From assembly GCA_000004985.1 (NCBI GenBank), contig GG738856.1: a DNA stretch of 64,000 nucleotides. One strand, 5' to 3'. Below the pieces are notes generated by a model. That model did no database searches and was not told the origin of the DNA. It saw nothing but the letters and a program-made list of their open reading frames with translations. Positions 52,400 to 63,876 of the stretch are shown piece by piece. The first letter of the stretch is position 1. Every line of letters starts with the position of its first letter. Made by a program: the position numbers and the translations under genes. This stretch comes from Naegleria gruberi. Lineage: Eukaryota.

Positions 52400-54600
52400 T
52401 TAAAGTTTACTTGGGGTGTGAGTTCTATTATTGTTATTATTGTTGGTGTTCTGAATATTTCTTTGAGGTAAGGAAGGCAGAGGTGAGATTGGTTTAAAGG
52501 AGTATACCTCTTTAAGGGTCTGGTTTGGAGTATTGTAAATATTATTCAACTCCCTCTTAATGTCACATTTTACATTCAATATACATCTCAATAAAGGCTC
52601 CAATTGATCGATTGGGATTGAGAAATTAATGCTCGGAATTAAAAGTGGTTGCACATGACCTGATGTTCTGTCAGTAAGCTTGTACTTGACATTGCTTGTC
52701 ACTAGACCTACTAATTGTCCTTTAGCATTGAAGATTCCTCCTCCGCTATTTCCATCATGAACGTGGGCTGTTGTACAGACCATAGCTCTCTTATTTCCTA
52801 TATAAACAACCTTGGATACAATACCCTTAGTAATTGTACATTGTTTTATAGATCTTGAGGTATTCAATGGTTGCATCAATGGAAATCCAACAACATAAAC
52901 GTCCTCTCCCTCTTGAACATCACTAGAACATGGCAAAATTCCACTCGTTTCGATTAAGTTTGATTGCACTAATTGGCAAACACTTGATTCATGAATTTTC
53001 AGCAAAGCAACATCAAGCTTGATTTGGATTAACATAAGAATAGTGAAAATCAACTTACTGGACCAGAGCTGCAATAAAGAATCAAATCTGCCTGATGGAA
53101 TTTATGACTCTTTTCGTTATCCCTCAAATCATAATCCAATTGAACAACGATTGAAAGGTGATCAGGTAAGAAAAAGGTGCCATCCTCCTTCTGTTGCATG
53201 AAAGGTGCCATCACATGTGAATTAGTCATTATATCTACAAGACTATTGTTAAAATAAATGCATTAATCATACTTACAACCAGTATGGGTCAATAAGATTC
53301 CAGTTGCCCAAGTATTATTAATTATTATGAGTGCAATCTTATTTCTGGTAATATTGTAAATATCATTTGATTTATCCATAACTGGAAGAATAATATTAGG
53401 TGATGTTCCAATAAATTTTTCTCTCAATAGTTTTACAAAAGGATCAATGGAAATTACAATATTCAATCCATTACTCGAGGATATAGAACGAACAGGTAAG
53501 GTACAAAACTAGAATCATTTCCATCAAATGTAAATATTATATAATAAACTTACTCCTACACACTTGGTTTGTGTAATTACTCTCGCAAAGACTGGAGCTC
53601 CTTCACTTCCTGGATGTATCTGACAATCTGTAATGATGGCCAAATTTTGAGAATTATTATTGTTATTAATCTTGTTACAAATAATTCCTTTTGTTAAATG
53701 ATTGGAAAGGGAATGAGGTGAAAGTAATCCGAAAGGAGATGAAACAATGAATAAATCATCTCCCTGTGAAAGAAAATCTCCATTATATTCCACATCTGGT
53801 ATGGAAACTGCATAGTTTTTCAAACTTTCACAGTTTTTAATCTTGAAAACAGCCATAGTTGATGGTGTAATCAGTGAAGAAGGTATTTCCACAGAATTAT
53901 TTGGCATTTGTTGGTCATCAAATTTAGAATGAGGTTCCTTGAATGAGGATTTAAGAGTATGTCCAACATTCTGATTTCCCTTCCTCACCAATGGATGGCC
54001 CCAATACCAACCTTGTAATTGATTAGTCATTTGATGAATATATTTATCAGTAGTAGTATGTGAAAATAATCCCATTAATTGAATATCCGACTTGACAAAT
54101 GAGCTCACTGAATTATGAGACAGTTTAAGATTAGGCACTTTTCCAAATCGTTTCACTTGTGAAGGAAGAATTTCATTAAATAACATATCTCCATTTGGTA
54201 GAGTAATAGTCACTTTACAATTTAATTTTGGTATAATTTCCACAATACTTCCTTCTTCACTCTGTTTTGAAATATTAGAAATAAACGGAGACAATAATGT
54301 TCCACTCGTAATGACAAAATATGTATTTTCCTCCTTATTAGATTTAATTACAAATCCACTGGATGAATAACTCAAACTCTCTCCGCCAGCATCAGTCATA
54401 TCAGCAAGAAAGAAGGGAATTTGAAGATGTGATTTAGTAGAATTCGGAGCACATTGTCCAGTCATACAAATCATCACTGAATCTCCAAAGGATTTTTCTC
54501 TAATTAATTGTGAAGATCCTTCTTCTCCTCCCGATCCGAAATTATTGTGATGAATAAATAAATCCATGTTAGTACTATCACCCGAAGATCCATTAATCAT
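52400..54600 (-). CDS. Trypsin-like serine protease with two protease-like domains and a C-terminal -SKL (PTS1). A peroxisomal processing protease of the Tysnd1/Deg15 type. Four exons, modelled as join(54600..53554,53508..53277,53234..53059,53017..52400).
   Basis: Three track ORFs, two of them TTG-started, are connected by short introns. The first is 45 nt with a GTAAGT donor at 53553 and a CTAG acceptor. The second is 42 nt with a GTAAGT donor at 53276 and a TTGTAG acceptor. The third is 41 nt with a GTAAGT donor at 53058 and an AATCAAG acceptor. The joined protein has the catalytic His motif ..LLTHTG|YIMTNSHV.., the Asp motif ..SSGP|LDVALLKI.., and the Ser motif GNSGGGIF. It ends ..THTPSKL*, where -SKL is a canonical peroxisomal targeting signal 1. 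Confidence 0.6.
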
Positions 54601-54706
54601 TTTTTTTTAATTTTATTTTTAAATAATAAGAATAGTGTAATGTTTATTGTGTTAACAATGACCAATGACCTCATCAAAAGTGATGTGACCTATCATTAGG
54701 TATAGT

Positions 54707-56170
54707 TTAATTATTTTTGTTATCTTTTTGTACTTCAGAAATGTGTTTCATTAATTTTTTGTTGTTTTCAGCCATTGCTTCAATAATATATTTGTTATTT
54801 TCAGTTATTGCCTCAATAAGTACTTCTGTAATTTTGTCAATAATGTATTTGTTATTTTCAGCCAGCAAATTTCTGTGTTCCAAATTTTGATCCTCATCTC
54901 TTTCGACTGCCTTACTTGAAAATAAAACGCTTGAACTAGAAATAGATGTTGTATCATCTTCATGAGCGGTCTCTGTTGCTAGAAGAACATCTTGAATTTG
55001 ATTGGTGTTTGGATTTACAATTTTCAAACCTGTGAGAGCTACTTGAATTGAATGGATAACATCTGTATCTTGTCCTTGAGTTGGGTTAGTGTTTGGATTT
55101 GCAACTTGTTGACAAGGCAAGCATTCGGTATCTTCAAGGTTAGCACCTGGAATCTTTTGTTTAACAGGTGGTTGCTTCTTGATTTCCTTCTTGCTCTTCT
55201 TTGGTTCTGTTTTAAGAGGTGTGCTTTGTTCTTGAATTGGGTTGTTTGCAATAGAAACTTGAACAGTTGAAAGAGCCTTACATTGCTTAATGGTAGGTTG
55301 TTTCTTGCTCTTCTTTGGCCCATACAAGACCTTTGCGGCATCTTGAAATTCCTTTCTTTTTGCTTTCTTGGTGTCGACAACAATTCTCTTTACCTTTTCA
55401 AAATCATCTTCTCTCATGTTCAAAATATCTGACACTGTTTCAACACCCTTACATAAATCCTGTTGAATCTCTTGATGCAATTCAAAAGAGTAAAAATCAA
55501 GTTCTCTCCTAATCTTGTTAAATAATGTAATGGAAATATGAGCCTTATTGTTGCTCTCTAGGAAGCACTTGGTGATCTGTTCTTGCAATGAAGAATTAAT
55601 ATTCCAATTGAAGTACAATAGGGCTCTAACAAGACAATATCTGGAAGACTTTGAGTAGCCTAACTTTCTAAATATTTCGTCTAATTCATCATTCTTTAAA
55701 TCAACAGAAGGTTCTTCCTTTACTCTATCAGCCTTCATTGTTTCTCTAATGCAATCCATAATCACTTGTTGTTCAACACGATCAGAGCCTAATTTAATAT
55801 AATCAAGATAGTTTCCGTTATAATTGGTGATGACCTTTGTTACTACATGGTTAACCTTAGGGATGTTTGAAACCTTCTTTGGGATTATGTTAATAAGAAG
55901 ATCCTTGAGTGCTGTGCTATCAGAAAGATAATCCATTAAAATCATAACCAGTTGAGAATTACTTTTAAGCAATTCTTTCATGGTAGAAGGTTTCTTCTCC
56001 AAATTCAAATAACGTTTCCAATCTGATTGTATTTGTTGAACAGAAAGCAATATCAATACAAGTTCCTTTGGAGGAGCATAAACATTGGAGGTGGTAGTGA
56101 GGTGGTTTATAACAATTTGAAGAAGATTATTCATCTCCTCAACTCTTGAAGTGTCTTTTTGTGCTAACAT
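54707..56170 (-). CDS. Hypothetical protein with a Lys-rich central region and short C-terminal tandem peptide repeats.
   Basis: A 487 aa ORF. The C-terminus has repeats ENNKYIIDKITEVLIEAITENNKYIIEAMAENNKKLMK, encoded by a roughly 45-bp imperfect tandem repeat near 54745..54870. Confidence 0.4.
   Translation of the reverse strand: MLAQKDTSRVEEMNNLLQIVINHLTTTSNVYAPPKELVLILLSVQQIQSDWKRYLNLEKKPSTMKELLKSNSQLVMILMDYLSDSTALKDLLINIIPKKVSNIPKVNHVVTKVITNYNGNYLDYIKLGSDRVEQQVIMDCIRETMKADRVKEEPSVDLKNDELDEIFRKLGYSKSSRYCLVRALLYFNWNINSSLQEQITKCFLESNNKAHISITLFNKIRRELDFYSFELHQEIQQDLCKGVETVSDILNMREDDFEKVKRIVVDTKKAKRKEFQDAAKVLYGPKKSKKQPTIKQCKALSTVQVSIANNPIQEQSTPLKTEPKKSKKEIKKQPPVKQKIPGANLEDTECLPCQQVANPNTNPTQGQDTDVIHSIQVALTGLKIVNPNTNQIQDVLLATETAHEDDTTSISSSSVLFSSKAVERDEDQNLEHRNLLAENNKYIIDKITEVLIEAITENNKYIIEAMAENNKKLMKHISEVQKDNKNN
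54745..54870. repeat. Imperfect roughly 45-bp tandem repeat (about 3 copies) inside a coding region.
   Basis: The unit ttatttgttattttcag(c/t)(c/t)attgc(t/c)tcaata recurs three times. Confidence 0.5.
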
Positions 56171-56342
56171 TTTTTTTAGAGTTTGATCGTAAACATATAA
56201 GCCTTCCCTTAAGCTGCTTTGTTTTCAAAGTAAGCTGATAGAGTAGGATCCATAATTACTTCTCTATTCAAGTGAGGAAGATAATCTGTAATTGGAGCAA
56301 TATAGAAATTAAATCTCATTAGTTATTAATAATTGACAAAAT

Positions 56343-58121
56343 TTATTGGGAAGCAGTTGCAGTAGGTGGGGGTGATGATTGGTTCTTTCTTTCCTCCATA
56401 AATTGAACAATCTTGGAATAAACTGCTTTGGAATAGATGGCGGCACGACGAACAATTTCAGATCTAATTCTTTGAGTTTCAACAGTAGATCCACTCAACA
56501 TATCTCCATTTTCAATGAGTCTTCTAGCCAAGTATGGCATAACATCAGTAACACTACCAAATGGAACATATTTTCCAACATTATATCCGTGATAAACCAA
56601 AGCATGAGATAAATTATCACCCATACCATAAAGTTGAGCAAACATAACACGTGGATCCTTCTTTTCAAATCCATACTTTTCAGTTAACAATCTACTACTC
56701 ATTCCCAAAGTGTCTTGGTTGTGTGAACAAATGAGGACACCAATATTTCCTTCACTATATAAATTATCGAGACAAAATTCAACTCCTCTAACATAGTTGA
56801 CGTGAGTTTCCAACAGTGTTTGTTGGAAAGGATATGGTATACCCATTTCGTTAGATCTAATTGTTTCAGATTTCATATAAGCACCTCTAACGAGCTTTGA
56901 ACCATGATGTAATCCGTTTTGAGTTAAAAAGTGATAATCGAATTGTAATCTATGGAGAGCATCCTTAAGATACATTTGATAGGTATTATAAACAACTGGT
57001 GTTTGTCTATTCTTCAAAATTTCCTTATTATTATACTTGATGCTCATCATCATGTACAATTGATCAATTGCAGCTTGATAATAAGTTTGTTCAGCATCAA
57101 CCAACAAACTCATTCCATTCTTGACGCAAGCATCACAGAGCATTGTGAGTCTTTGAATAACTCTACCCAATTTTGTTAATTCAACTTGAGAGAGAGGTTC
57201 CGGCGGTGTGTTTTCATTCAAGTTAAATGCAACAGTTCTAGGATATTGCTTGACAGTATATTCTTTCATTAAATCAAAAGTGCTGACATCAGAGGCAATA
57301 TCTCCAAAGAAATAAATATTAGTATTGAGCAATTTCTTGGCATGTTCAGATTCTGGGAATAATTGAACATAACATAAAATCTTACTCAATCTTTCCAAAA
57401 GGATACAACTAGAGATACCAGTAACTTTTACAACACCAAATGGACAAGGCAGTGGCTCATTAATACCATCTCTCTTCATGGCTCTATTTTGTTCTCCCAT
57501 AAATTCAATTGATTCAGCAATTACTTTGCAAATAGAATCTTCAACAACTTCTGAGCTATCTACATTAATAACAGAAGTTTCCAATGGTTGAACTGGACCT
57601 TCAACACTATAATCCAAGATACAATGCATTTTTTTGTTTTGAGTTACATCCACAATGGCCTTTTTGGTTTTTGGTAAAGTTTCACCTCCACAGAAATATT
57701 GGAAATAAGAATATTTAACAGCTTGAGAAACAACAGGTCCTCCTTTCTCAAGAATTTCAGCACCAATAGTTCTAACACCTGGCAATCTGCAACTTGTTAA
57801 AGCAGTATAGGTTTTCAATAATTGCCATGATGAAACTTGGTCATAATAAAGTTCAACTTTGGAAAAATCAATAGAAGTATTTCCACTAGTCCATTTCTTT
57901 TCTTGAGTAGCAATTCCTCCATCTTGTTGATTATTAACAATAGTACTTGTGGAAATATCCTCTGTTGTTGCTGATGATGAAGTTGCTTCTTGTTGTTGCA
58001 AATTTGTTCCTCTCATCATTGCCGAGCAACAGAAATTTCTACTTGTTTGAGTAGTAATAATAGAATTGGTTATCTTGTTGCTAACAGAGGCAACAACTCC
58101 TCTTGAACATTTAGTTAACAT
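56343..58121 (-). CDS. PUT1: Proline dehydrogenase (proline oxidase), mitochondrial.
   Basis: A 592 aa ORF. The C-terminus has the PRODH signature QLYGMGDNLSHALVYHGYNVGKYVPFGSVTDVMPYLARRLIENGDML. The N-terminus is presequence-like (MLTKCSRGVVASVSNKITNSIITTQTSRNF). Confidence 0.8.
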   Translation of the reverse strand: MLTKCSRGVVASVSNKITNSIITTQTSRNFCCSAMMRGTNLQQQEATSSSATTEDISTSTIVNNQQDGGIATQEKKWTSGNTSIDFSKVELYYDQVSSWQLLKTYTALTSCRLPGVRTIGAEILEKGGPVVSQAVKYSYFQYFCGGETLPKTKKAIVDVTQNKKMHCILDYSVEGPVQPLETSVINVDSSEVVEDSICKVIAESIEFMGEQNRAMKRDGINEPLPCPFGVVKVTGISSCILLERLSKILCYVQLFPESEHAKKLLNTNIYFFGDIASDVSTFDLMKEYTVKQYPRTVAFNLNENTPPEPLSQVELTKLGRVIQRLTMLCDACVKNGMSLLVDAEQTYYQAAIDQLYMMMSIKYNNKEILKNRQTPVVYNTYQMYLKDALHRLQFDYHFLTQNGLHHGSKLVRGAYMKSETIRSNEMGIPYPFQQTLLETHVNYVRGVEFCLDNLYSEGNIGVLICSHNQDTLGMSSRLLTEKYGFEKKDPRVMFAQLYGMGDNLSHALVYHGYNVGKYVPFGSVTDVMPYLARRLIENGDMLSGSTVETQRIRSEIVRRAAIYSKAVYSKIVQFMEERKNQSSPPPTATASQ

Positions 58122-58678
58122 TTTTTATTGTGTGGTATGTTCGGGTTCAGGTGCAGCTGAAGAGGATGACACACTTGGATTTTTCGTTGGAGGTGATAAT
58201 AGAGTTGGAGAAATTTGCTTGGGAAACGGTTTTCTTCTGTATGTTGGCAAGCAAAGGTTTGAAGACTATTTGGAGGCTGGTTGTTCGTGTTTGGCGAAAT
58301 TCGCGCAATTCCACCATACACAACCCGCACAATCCGGAGAACAAGATAATTGGAATGATGATTACAATGATGTTGTTTTGAGGTCTTTTAAGGAAGAGTA
58401 TTGTTTTACTTTATTTGAGAATGTGTGGTAAAAGGGAAATTATTGTTAAATGGAAAGAGAAACAATCTGGCAAAAGTTACCTCAAATGTGCAATTCTTAA
58501 TTCTTCTTTAAAAAAACAATTTCAAATAGATTAAGAAATTATTTTGGTTTCTCCCAGTTTAATTCTGATGCAAATCTCAATTGTCTTCATCATTCAATAA
58601 TTATTTTAATAATTTAAATATCATAATTATTTGCGGGAATGAAAAATACCACAAGAAGTTTTTTGATTTAAAAAAAAC

Positions 58679-59893
58679 ATGTTAACAATGCATCACTGTG
58701 TAGCACCAAAACTCGGTCGTTTGGTTTCCGATTCTAGAAATTCAATCAAATTGACATTCCGAACACTATCTCTTCTCCAACAACAACAACAACAAGGAAG
58801 AAGAAATTTTTCATCATCAATTTTGCTGAATAATAAGAGTTTTACTAATCAATTAATTATTCAAAAGATGGGTGCCATCACACCACAAATGAAAAACAAG
58901 ATGGCAAAAAAGACTAGAGTGAATAGGGAAAATCATGAATTAATTAGTGAAATGGATAATTTAGTATTGAAGGATGATTCACCTATTCTTGCTCAGTCGG
59001 ATGTTTTGAAAAAAGAATTGGTTGAATTTGTTGCAAATTCTCAAGTTAAAACAGGTTCCGAAATTATTGAACATACAGCCAATCGTCAACATTACTTTAC
59101 ACAACAAGAAATTGCCAAAATTCATGGCGTTTACAAGAATAGTGTGTTCTTCAAACATACTAAAATTAGTTTGGAAAAATACTTTTTAAATTATAATGTA
59201 CTTGTACACAAATCTAAGGAACAAAATGATTTATATTATATTGGACATCAATTATTGAAATATATACTTACTAAATATTTTAATGAAAACCTTTCGTTAG
59301 TTCAAGAATTGATGGCTGAAGGTAAAACTCTCAACATTATCAATGACAAGATTACAAAAGATTTCCAAATTAAGGAACATTTACTTGAATATTTCTTGAA
59401 TAATAATCAATTATTCTACATTTATATTCAACAAAATAACTTGAAGGAATTAGAGCCACTCTTAAAAGATATCAGTTTTACTTCGAACGATTTTATTAAC
59501 AAGTCTGCACACGAGAGAATATTCAAGGCGATTATTGGTAATATTTACATGAATATTGAATCTTTTGATATTATGATGAATCATGTTTTATATCCTTTCA
59601 TTGTTAAGGAATTTATACCTAGATTTACAGAGCTGACCGAAAGCAATCTAGCTCAAATTTCTACAAAGAAAGCGTTTGAGAAACAAATGACAATCGTTGA
59701 GCAATTTGAATACTTCCACATGAGACAATTTAAAACACTCCCAACCTATTCATCCTTAACAAACAGCTTTGAACAAACTCAAATGGTACAAATCTATTCC
59801 TCAGACCAACAACTTTTGTCAATTGGTTATGGAATTGATTACAAGACAGCTAAAGAAGATGCAGCAAGAAGAGCTATTTTACATTTTTGTTAA
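58679..59893 (+). CDS. Mitochondrial protein with a degenerate RNase III-like domain and a dsRBD-like C-terminus. Possibly mitoribosomal mL44 (Mrpl3-like).
   Basis: A 404 aa ORF. The N-terminus is presequence-like (MLTMHHCVAPKLGRLVSDSRNSIKLTFRTLS). The C-terminus (DYKTAKEDAARRAILHF) resembles the end of a dsRBD. The segment ERIFKAIIGNIY resembles the RNase III-like region of mL44. Confidence 0.35.
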   Translation: MLTMHHCVAPKLGRLVSDSRNSIKLTFRTLSLLQQQQQQGRRNFSSSILLNNKSFTNQLIIQKMGAITPQMKNKMAKKTRVNRENHELISEMDNLVLKDDSPILAQSDVLKKELVEFVANSQVKTGSEIIEHTANRQHYFTQQEIAKIHGVYKNSVFFKHTKISLEKYFLNYNVLVHKSKEQNDLYYIGHQLLKYILTKYFNENLSLVQELMAEGKTLNIINDKITKDFQIKEHLLEYFLNNNQLFYIYIQQNNLKELEPLLKDISFTSNDFINKSAHERIFKAIIGNIYMNIESFDIMMNHVLYPFIVKEFIPRFTELTESNLAQISTKKAFEKQMTIVEQFEYFHMRQFKTLPTYSSLTNSFEQTQMVQIYSSDQQLLSIGYGIDYKTAKEDAARRAILHFC

Positions 59894-59923
59894 ATAAAAT
59901 TTAGTTGTGAAATATATATAAAG

Positions 59924-60887
59924 TTACAAGAAGTACATTGCCTTATTGGATGGTTGTATGTTATGGTCAATAGGAACTTCCTTAAAGCTCTTAAATTCTC
60001 TGCCCAAGTTATCATCAAAAGCTAAAATACTGGCCATGTTACCGCAACGATAACAATAGTTTGGAGCTGACCAAACTGTAACCAAGTTTTGTTCTGGGAA
60101 ATGATACTTGTATCCTTCTTGCACCAATTGATGCGCACGACAAATAAGTTCAAGATTGTTCAAATGATTGAATTCAGATGTGACACGACTTCCAAACAAC
60201 CAACCAGCACCACGAGGAGAAACAGCCCAAGTTTCAATATTTTCTGGATCAGACCACATGACATCACAGAATGGACCTTCATGTGGAATTTCTTGTCTAC
60301 GATCAATAGTTCTCATTTGATCCAAAGTACGAATATCGGGAGACAAACCTCCGTGAACACACAAAACTCTTCCATCAATAACAGCAGCAACATTGAAACA
60401 GTCAAAAACTTCACAACAATATTTCCAAGCGTTAGCATTACCATATTTACGTTGACATTCATCATAGAAACCATAGATTTGAGTAATTTGACGAGATTCG
60501 TGATTACCTATTAATAATAAGAAAACGGAATTAATATTCAAACAATATAAAATACATACCACGCAATAAAGTCATACGTTCTGGATATCTGGCCTTCAAG
60601 AGCATCAAATAAGTCAAAGTTTCCAAGCTGTTGTATCCTCTATCAACAAAATCTCCCATGAATATATATCTAGTATCTGGCAATTCACCACCTGTCTTGA
60701 ACAACTCTAACAAGTCGTGGAATTGACCGTGGATATCACCACATACTGTTACAGGGGATGAAACAGGTTGTACGTTAGATTCTTCAATCAAGATGGACTT
60801 GACCATATTACATAATTTCTTCAAATCTTGTTCAGGTAAATAATCGCACTTCTTTACCTTCTCTATCCATTGATCCAATTCAGCCAT
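59924..60887 (-). CDS. SIT4: Serine/threonine protein phosphatase 6 catalytic subunit (Sit4/Ppe1/PPP6C ortholog). Two exons, modelled as join(60887..60560,60507..59924).
   Basis: The N-terminus [59 protein letters not shown] and the GDFVDRG motif are present. A 52-nt intron (GTATGT donor, TTATTAATAG acceptor, phase 1) restores ..[35 protein letters not shown].. The protein continues ..[55 protein letters not shown] and ends YFL. It is about 303 aa, with PP6-specific residues throughout. Confidence 0.85.
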
Positions 60888-61437
60888 TTTATATATATAT
60901 TGTTGGAGAATCTAAATATTGAATATATTCAAACAATGATGATGAGAGAGCAATAACACAATACAAAGCGGTTAAAAATCAGCAAGAAAAAAAAAAGAAT
61001 ACGCACACTGAATGCTCGGTATTTTTTTCAACTATTTTTAAAAAAATATTAAAATCAAAAAGCTCCTTTGTATCATAACTGCAAAATAAAGCCTTTTGGG
61101 AGGCAATAATATTTGTTGTTTCGAAGAGTTATTTTGAGAGGAGAACTTGGATATCGATGATAATGAATATTATTAAGAATCTTACTTGAGGAGATTACGT
61201 GGAGAGTTGTAATTAATCTAAAAAGAAACTCTTTCTCAATCTTGATGTTTGTGGCGTGATATTCTCAACCAATTATCTTTGAGAAACACCGAGAGAAATA
61301 GTTGTACTGGTAACATTATTGTAATAGTGGTAGAATAAGCGTGTCCAACATACCATCGCTGATTTTTCACCAATCAAAAAAACGATCCAACATCTAATCA
61401 TCATTGCACTACTTGCAGTTATTTATTAACACAAAAC

Positions 61438-62330
61438 ATGAACAGGGAAAAGGTTGTGGTTCTTCTTGATGAAAAAAAGTTTATGCATCGTGATGATAGA
61501 TTGATCATTCTTTTACGTCATGTTTTGAGAACACCAACCTACTCATTGAAAGATATTATTGGGAATAGATTACCGAATGCATCTAATTTTTTCCAATATC
61601 CTTGTGATGTTGTTATTGATGAGAGGAGATCATTATTATTTGTTAGTGATTGTGGAGAGTTAAATATTCAAGTTTTTGATTTACACTCTAGGGAGTTAAT
61701 GTATAATATCAAAACAGTTGATAGACCAAGATTTATGGCAATGTATTGTGACTCCTTGATATTTAGTTCCGAAGACGGATTTGTTTATAGATTCGATCTA
61801 GAAACTCGTAGTGAAATTTGGAAATCTTCTGGAAAAATGTCAAATCCTTGTGGAGTTATTGTTGATGAAATGAGAGGATTAGTTTTTGTTTGTGAATGTG
61901 GAGGTAATACCATCCAAACTCTTTCGGCCGAAACCGGAAAAGTGAGATCAATACTTGTTCTGACTCCTAAAAGGCCTACTCTTTTCTACAATAATGATAA
62001 TATTCCTTCAGTGAGCAATCCCTATGGTATTGCATTCAGTTTGGATAGAAATTATTTTGTAGTTTCTTCAGTTGTTAATGCAAAAATTTACTTGGTTGAT
62101 AAAAAGGGAAAAATTGTGCATTCCTTTGGAGAACACGGCTCAAAACCAAATCAATTCAATTTTCCATCCAGCTTGGAGGTTTCCTTAAATCATTTGGAAA
62201 CCAAGCTCCTCTATACAGCAAAGAAGCACTTTACCAGCCAAGAGGATTGTCTATCGATCATGCAACTGGTGATCTTTACGTAACTGATTATGGACAGGAT
62301 AGAATTTGTGTTTACTCTCAATTCAACTGA
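61438..62330 (+). CDS. NHL-repeat (six-bladed beta-propeller-like) protein. The last blade is shifted into another frame, either by a frameshift or by a non-canonical intron.
   Basis: Track ORF 61438..62283 holds NHL blades (YPCDVVIDERRSLLFVSDCGELNIQVF; NPCGVIVDEMRGLVFVCECGGNTIQ; NPYGIAFSLDRNYFVVSSVVNAKIYLVD; FGEHGSKPNQFNFP). From about 62195 a different frame reads a complete consensus blade, ..APLYSKEALYQPRGLSIDHATGDLYVTDYGQDRICVYSQFN*, ending at 62330. There is no GT..AG intron of suitable length. Confidence 0.5.
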
Positions 62331-62633
62331 GTTTCTGCATGGCATTTATTACTTGTTGATATTTCATAAAAGCGATTAAGATTCAACAAAGAGTCTACCA
62401 AATCAATGAGTTATTGAGAATAGTATTTAAGTAGGAAATTGTGAAACTCAGTAAGGCAATTGTTTAGTTGTACATCATACTATTAAATACACTTCTTTTA
62501 TAGAGTTGACACACGTTGATTGAATGGAGTACAATGCTAATAGCACAACAAGTATCTCTAATGTTTTGTCAAAGCTTGTCATACTATTTTAGAAGTATTC
62601 TGCTTTAGCTTCAAATTTGCTTTAATAAAAAGA

Positions 62634-63876
62634 ATGTCATCATTAGCAAGATTAATTTCAGACCATGTAAACTTGATAGAAAGTCTTTCATCATCGAATT
62701 TATCTTTATTGGATTTTGAGAATACTGATACGAATATCACCCTTGCAGAGTTGGACCCTCTTTATCAATCAATTGTTGGAATAGTACTTTCGTCCATTTT
62801 CTTTGTTTTTTTCAATATCTTGATAATAATTGTTTCGACCACGTTAATTAGACCAAAAGCAAGAAACGAAATGAAACGAAACCAATTCATTATGGTTGCA
62901 ATGGTCTCTGTCTTATCCCTAATTCAATGTTCAGGAATTATTTCAAGGATTTTTTGTGACCTCCTAAATATTATAATCGTTTCTCAATACCAGGACTTTG
63001 TGTCAGCAAATTATTTGCCAGAATCTCAAGAGTTTATTGACACTTTTCAAAACATTAATTGCTCACTGACAACAACACAGACTGGGATTAAATTCTCTTA
63101 CCTCATCTCAATGCATGTCTTTGATTCTTTCGAATGTTTCTTCATTGGAATGAATTTATTGATGATGGTTCTGATAATGAGCTTTGTTGGAAATGTTTTC
63201 CTTGAAACTGTAAAGCAAGCTGGGAGTAGGAAGGACTGGAATTTACGTTCCACAAGATGGTTGATGATAATTCTCAATTCCTTCACATGTTTGTTTTGTG
63301 GTTCGTTTGGGGCAATTATTATGGCAGTGTCTGTTATTTATTTCTTCATCAAGATGGGAATGTTGGAGAATTTTGAGTTTATTCTATTTCTAATAGGATA
63401 TATTATTTACTTTCTTCAAATTTTTATTCACACAATTATTTCAATTGTAAGTTTCTAATTCAGTTATTCTAATCCTTTGACATTTGCAATAGATTGTTGC
63501 ATTTAAGGTTTTACAAACAATCAAAACTCAAACATCTCAACAAAACAAGCAACAAACCCAACGACCAATCATTAAGATCATTTCTCTTCAAATTGCATTA
63601 ATAGCTGCAGCTTTATCTCAAATCATTGCCTTGGCATGTATAACGGTTGTGGATTATTGGAGTTACATGTCTATATTTTACAATTTCAGCAATTCTATTG
63701 GAATTTTCTTATTTGGAATTGTCACCATTCTACTCTATCATCCAATTTTCACAGATTCTGTAAAATTTGTGAATGATTTGCCCAATTCTATTCAACCAAT
63801 TGGTTCAAGAGTGAAAAGAAATAGTCTCTTTAAAAAACAACCACAAATTATTGACAATTCATCCATTGTTGTTTAA
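62634..63876 (+). CDS. Seven-transmembrane receptor-like protein, a putative GPCR. Two exons, modelled as join(62634..63446,63493..63876).
   Basis: A 46-nt intron runs 63447..63492 (GTAAGT donor, TTTGCAATAG| acceptor, phase 0). The downstream 81-aa track ORF is TTG-started, so it is a continuing exon. The joined protein of about 399 aa has 7 hydrophobic helices in a 3+2+2 layout. A Gln/Thr-rich loop (KTQTSQQNKQQTQRP) sits between helix 5 and helix 6. Confidence 0.5.

Noticed and set aside
53150-53200. Plus-strand GGTAAG, or minus-strand U1-like cttacctg string, as a possible snRNA or splice site
   Set aside because: It is only a 6 to 8 nt match with no snRNA-like context. The region is better explained as exon 3 of the minus-strand protease gene.
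58066-58431. 121-aa plus-strand ORF overlapping the 5' end of the proline dehydrogenase gene
   Set aside because: It starts at GTG, overlaps the PRODH start region on the opposite strand, and has no recognisable features. It is more likely promoter or 5' UTR sequence.
60531-60887. Tail of the 118-aa ORF (..GMYFILFEY) and head of the 212-aa ORF ([19 protein letters not shown]..)
   Set aside because: These residues are intron read-through. The true PP6 protein is restored by removing the 52-nt intron 60508..60559.
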